Assembly (NCBI GenBank): GCA_963783375.1
Contig: CAWANH010000017.1
Coordinates: 64,001 to 128,000, forward strand
Length of the DNA: 64,000 nucleotides
Direction: 5' to 3'
Source of the DNA: Candidatus Eiseniibacteriota bacterium
GTDB taxonomy: Bacteria > Eisenbacteria > RBG-16-71-46 > JABDJR01
Both the position numbers and the translations under genes were made by a program. Under the pieces are notes generated by a model. It saw only the letters and a program-made list of their open reading frames with translations, did no database searches and was not told the origin of the DNA. Shown piece by piece: positions 60,500-64,000 of the stretch. Each line of letters opens with the position of its first letter. Within the stretch, counting starts at the first letter, position 1.

Positions 60500-62287
60500 A
60501 TGAGCACCGATCTTCCGGAAATCGCCGAGCCCCGGCGGGGCGGGAAGTATCCCGGCCCCATCGAGGATCTGAAGCGGCGGTTTCCGCAGACGGCGTTTCG
60601 CGAGCAGGAGACCCGGGACGAGGTGCCCACCTACTGGGTCCCCCGGGAGGCCCTCCCCACGGTCGCGCGTTTCCTGAAGGAGGAGGTCCCGAAGCCGTAC
60701 CGGATGCTCTACGACCTCACCGCGGTCGACGAGCGGATGCGGACCCGGCGCGAGCCCGGCGACGAAGGCGACTTCACCGCCGTCTACCACCTCCTCTCCT
60801 TCGAGCGGAACGCCGACGTCCGGCTCAAGGTGGCGCTCGCCGGAGACGCCCCGAGCCTGCCCACGGTGACCGGGGTGTGGCCGGCGGCCAACTGGTACGA
60901 GCGGGAGGTATGGGACCTCTTCGGGATCACCTTCGACGGCCATCCCAACCTCCGGCGGATCCTGCTTCCTCCCACCTGGAAGGGCCATCCGCTTCGCAAG
61001 GACCATCCCGCCCGGGCCACCGAGATGGGCCCCTACCGGCTCTGGCCGGAGAAGGAGGACGAGGAGCAGGAGGCGCTCCGCATGAAGCCCGAGGAGTGGG
61101 GGATGGAGCGGGCCAACGACGACACCGAGTTCCTGTTCCTGAACCTCGGACCCCAGCACCCGGGAACCCACGGGGTGCTCCGGATCTTCCTCCAGCTGGA
61201 CGGGGAGGAGATCGTGGACGCGGTCCCGGACATCGGCTACCACCACCGCGGGGCGGAGAAGATGGGGGAGCGCCAGAGCTGGCATTCCTTCATCCCCTAC
61301 ACCGACCGGATCGACTATCTGGGGGGGGTGATGAACAACCTCCCCTATGTTCTCGCGGTGGAGAAGCTGGCCGGGATCGAGGTTCCGCCCCGGGCCCAGG
61401 TGATCCGGGTCATGATGTGCGAGTTCTTCCGGCTGGCCAGCCACCTGGTGTGGTACGGCACCTTCGCCCAGGACCTGGGAGCGCTCTCCCCGGTGTTCTT
61501 CATGTTCAGCGACCGCGAGCGGATCTTCGATATCGTGGAGGCGGTCTGCGGGGGGCGGATGCACCCGAGCTGGTTCCGGATCGGGGGTACCGCCCAGGAT
61601 CTTCCCCGGGGCTGGGACACGATGGTGCGGAACTACCTCGACTACCTCCCCCGGCGGCTTCGCGAGTACGACGGCATGGTCATGAAGAACGGCATCTTCA
61701 AGGACCGCACCCTGGGGATCGGGGCCTACGACACCCGGACCGCGATCGAGTGGGGGGTGACCGGGCCCGGGCTCCGGGCCACCGGGATGGAGTGGGACTT
61801 CCGCAAGGCGCGCCCCTATTCGGGCTACGAGCAGTTCGACTTCGAGATCCCCACCGCCACCCACGGCGACTGCTACGACCGGGCGGTGGTGCGGGTGGAG
61901 GAGATGCGCCAGAGCCTTCGGATCATCGAGCAGTGCCTCGACAACATGCCCGAGGGCCCCTACAAGTCCGACCACCCCCTGGCCACCCCGCCCGACAAGG
62001 CCCGGACCATGCACGACATCGAAACCCTGATCACTCACTTCCTGGGGGTGAGCTGGGGACCGGTGATCCCCCCGGGCGAGGCCTTCCAGGGGATCGAGGC
62101 GTCGAAGGGGAACAACGGCTACTACCTGACCTCGGACGGCGGGGTGCACTCCTACCGGACGCGCATCCGCACCCCCTCGTTTCCCCACCTGCAGATGCTC
62201 CCGGCGATCGCCCGGGGGCTCATGGTGCCCGACCTGTTGGCCATCCTGGGCGCCATGGACTTCGTGCTGGCCGACGTGGACCGCTAG
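60500..62287 (+). CDS. nuoCD: NADH-quinone oxidoreductase subunit C/D (fused)
   Basis: [14 protein letters not shown]...GHPLRKD followed by [29 protein letters not shown] in one 595-aa ORF. Confidence 0.96.
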   Translation: MSTDLPEIAEPRRGGKYPGPIEDLKRRFPQTAFREQETRDEVPTYWVPREALPTVARFLKEEVPKPYRMLYDLTAVDERMRTRREPGDEGDFTAVYHLLSFERNADVRLKVALAGDAPSLPTVTGVWPAANWYEREVWDLFGITFDGHPNLRRILLPPTWKGHPLRKDHPARATEMGPYRLWPEKEDEEQEALRMKPEEWGMERANDDTEFLFLNLGPQHPGTHGVLRIFLQLDGEEIVDAVPDIGYHHRGAEKMGERQSWHSFIPYTDRIDYLGGVMNNLPYVLAVEKLAGIEVPPRAQVIRVMMCEFFRLASHLVWYGTFAQDLGALSPVFFMFSDRERIFDIVEAVCGGRMHPSWFRIGGTAQDLPRGWDTMVRNYLDYLPRRLREYDGMVMKNGIFKDRTLGIGAYDTRTAIEWGVTGPGLRATGMEWDFRKARPYSGYEQFDFEIPTATHGDCYDRAVVRVEEMRQSLRIIEQCLDNMPEGPYKSDHPLATPPDKARTMHDIETLITHFLGVSWGPVIPPGEAFQGIEASKGNNGYYLTSDGGVHSYRTRIRTPSFPHLQMLPAIARGLMVPDLLAILGAMDFVLADVDR

Positions 62288-62357
62288 GAAGGATGAGCGC
62301 GGTGACGGGCGCGCGAGCCGCGGAAACGCGGGAAAGGAGGAGGAGAACCGAGCCGCC

Positions 62358-62822
62358 ATGCTGAGCCCGGATGAGATGCGGGAGATCGATCGCGAGATCG
62401 AGATCCTCCCCCAGAGGAAGAGCGCCTGCATCGAGGCCCTGAAGGTGGTCCAGCGCCACCGTCGCTGGGTGGCCGACGACGGGGTGACGGACGTCGCCGC
62501 CTACCTCGGCATGACCGCGGAGGAGGTGGACAACGTGGCCACCTTCTACAACCTCATCTACCGGAAGCCGGTGGGACGCCACGTGATCCACGTCTGCGAC
62601 AGCGTGAGCTGCTGGATCGTGGGCTACCGGCCGCTTCTCGCCGCCCTCCGGGAGAGCCTGGAGGTCGGCCTCGGAGAGACGACCGCCGACGACCGGTTCA
62701 CCCTGCTCCCCATCCCGTGCCTGGGCACCTGCGACCGCGCCCCCGCCATGATGGTGGACGGCGACCTCCACCGGGACATCGACCCCGCCCGGGTGGGGGA
62801 GATCCTGGAGCGATACGAGTAG
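62358..62822 (+). CDS. nuoE: NADH-quinone oxidoreductase subunit E
   Basis: VATFY, CDSVSC, CLGTCDRAP 2Fe-2S ligands. Confidence 0.95.
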   Translation: MLSPDEMREIDREIEILPQRKSACIEALKVVQRHRRWVADDGVTDVAAYLGMTAEEVDNVATFYNLIYRKPVGRHVIHVCDSVSCWIVGYRPLLAALRESLEVGLGETTADDRFTLLPIPCLGTCDRAPAMMVDGDLHRDIDPARVGEILERYE

Positions 62823-62824
62823 CC

Positions 62825-64000
62825 ATGGACAAGCCGTTGACCCGGACCATCGATCCCTCCCGAGGACCCCTGGATCTCAAGGGGTACGAGAAGGTGGGGG
62901 GCTACGAGGCGGTGCGAAAGGCCCTGGGATCGATGTCGCCCCGGGAGGTGACCCAGGCGGTGAAGGACTCGAACCTCCGCGGACGCGGAGGAGCCGGGTT
63001 CCCGACCGGGATGAAGTGGAGCTTCGTCCCCATGGGCGACGACGTTCCCCGGCCCAAGTACTTCGTGGCCAACGCCGACGAGATGGAGCCGGGGACGTTC
63101 AAGGACCGGCTCCTGATGGAAGAAGCCCCGCACCTCTTCCTGGAGGGGATGATGCTCGGGGCCTACGCGATCCAGGCGGATGTGGCCTACATCTTCCTCC
63201 GCTGGGCCTACCGGGAATCGGAGCGGACGCTCCGGAAGGCCATCGCCGAGGCCTACGCGGCGGGATACCTGGGGAAGAACATCCGGGGATCGGGCTACGA
63301 CCTGGAGCTCCACATCCACGTGAGCGCGGGGCGCTACATGTGCGGTGAGGAGACCGGGCTCCTGAACGCGCTCGAAGGGAAGCCGGCCAACCCGCGGGCC
63401 AAGCCCCCCTATCCCCAGGTTTCGGGCCTCTGGGGGAAGCCCACCATCGTCAACAACGTGGAGACCCTCTGCAACCTGGGGCCGATCGTGGTGAACGGGG
63501 GGGAGTGGTTCAAGGGGCTGGGCCTCACCAAGGACGGCGGGACCAAGCTCTACGGGGTGAGCGGTAAGGTCAAGCGCCCCGGTCTCTGGGAGCTTCCCAT
63601 GGGGACCCCGGCCCGGGAGATCATCATGGAGCGCGCCGGGGGGATGCGGGACGGGCTCACGTTGCGCGGATTTCTCCCCGGCGGCGCCTCGACCGACTTC
63701 ATGACCCACGAGCATCTCGACACCCCCATGGACTTCGACGGCCCCACCCAGGTGGGAAGCCGGCTCGGGACCGGCACCATGATCGTGATGGACGACCGGA
63801 CCTGCCCGGTGGCGATGTGCGCGAACCTGATGCAGTTCTTCGGCCAGGAGTCCTGCGGTTGGTGCACCCCCTGCCGGGACGGCCTCCCGTGGACGGCCAA
63901 GCTGCTCCAGGCCATCGACGACGGCCACGGGAAGATGGAGGACCTGGACCGGCTGGAGCTTCACTCCCGCTTCCTGGGACCCGGGAACACCTTCTGCGCC
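62825..64000 (+). CDS. nuoF: NADH-quinone oxidoreductase subunit F; truncated by the window end
   Basis: My translation from ATG 62825: LRGRGGAGFPTGMKW, NADEMEPGTFKDR, YMCGEETGLL, ESCGWCTPCRDG. Confidence 0.95.
   Translation, partial: MDKPLTRTIDPSRGPLDLKGYEKVGGYEAVRKALGSMSPREVTQAVKDSNLRGRGGAGFPTGMKWSFVPMGDDVPRPKYFVANADEMEPGTFKDRLLMEEAPHLFLEGMMLGAYAIQADVAYIFLRWAYRESERTLRKAIAEAYAAGYLGKNIRGSGYDLELHIHVSAGRYMCGEETGLLNALEGKPANPRAKPPYPQVSGLWGKPTIVNNVETLCNLGPIVVNGGEWFKGLGLTKDGGTKLYGVSGKVKRPGLWELPMGTPAREIIMERAGGMRDGLTLRGFLPGGASTDFMTHEHLDTPMDFDGPTQVGSRLGTGTMIVMDDRTCPVAMCANLMQFFGQESCGWCTPCRDGLPWTAKLLQAIDDGHGKMEDLDRLELHSRFLGPGNTFCA

Noticed and set aside
1-64000. tRNA, rRNA, prophage, integrase, IS or defence genes
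   Set aside because: No recognisable signatures were seen by manual reading.

Overview
This is a high-GC chromosomal window, mostly housekeeping. The gene order yicC-gmk-rpoZ-coaBC-udg-dnaB, the Mla and BamA-like outer-membrane genes and a FlgD-Ig-tailed secreted protein suggest a diderm, FCB-related bacterium (inference). Core genes: partial rqcH/NFACT, yicC, gmk, rpoZ, coaBC, udg, dnaB, mlaEFD, radA-ispD-ispF-ddl, clpB, an rlmL-like methyltransferase, ada, asnB and the start of a nuo operon (A, B, fused CD, E, partial F). Accessory genes include a type III PKS, a membrane PP2C phosphatase, a PCD-DinB fusion, an ABC-2 exporter, a TPR Ser/Thr kinase, a VPS10-type propeller protein and GT-C/GT2 glycosyltransferases. 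About eight single-base frameshifts, one in ddl, look like long-read indel errors. The most unusual stretch is a ~1.5 kb non-coding region (37.5-38.9 kb). It holds a 3x88-bp hairpin-rich tandem repeat inside inverted flanks, followed by about ten copies of a 16-bp CCCGGG-centred palindrome/29-bp unit with covarying arms, resembling a ParB/Noc-type binding-site (centromere-like) array. I saw no rRNA, tRNA, transposase, integrase, cas gene or canonical CRISPR array.
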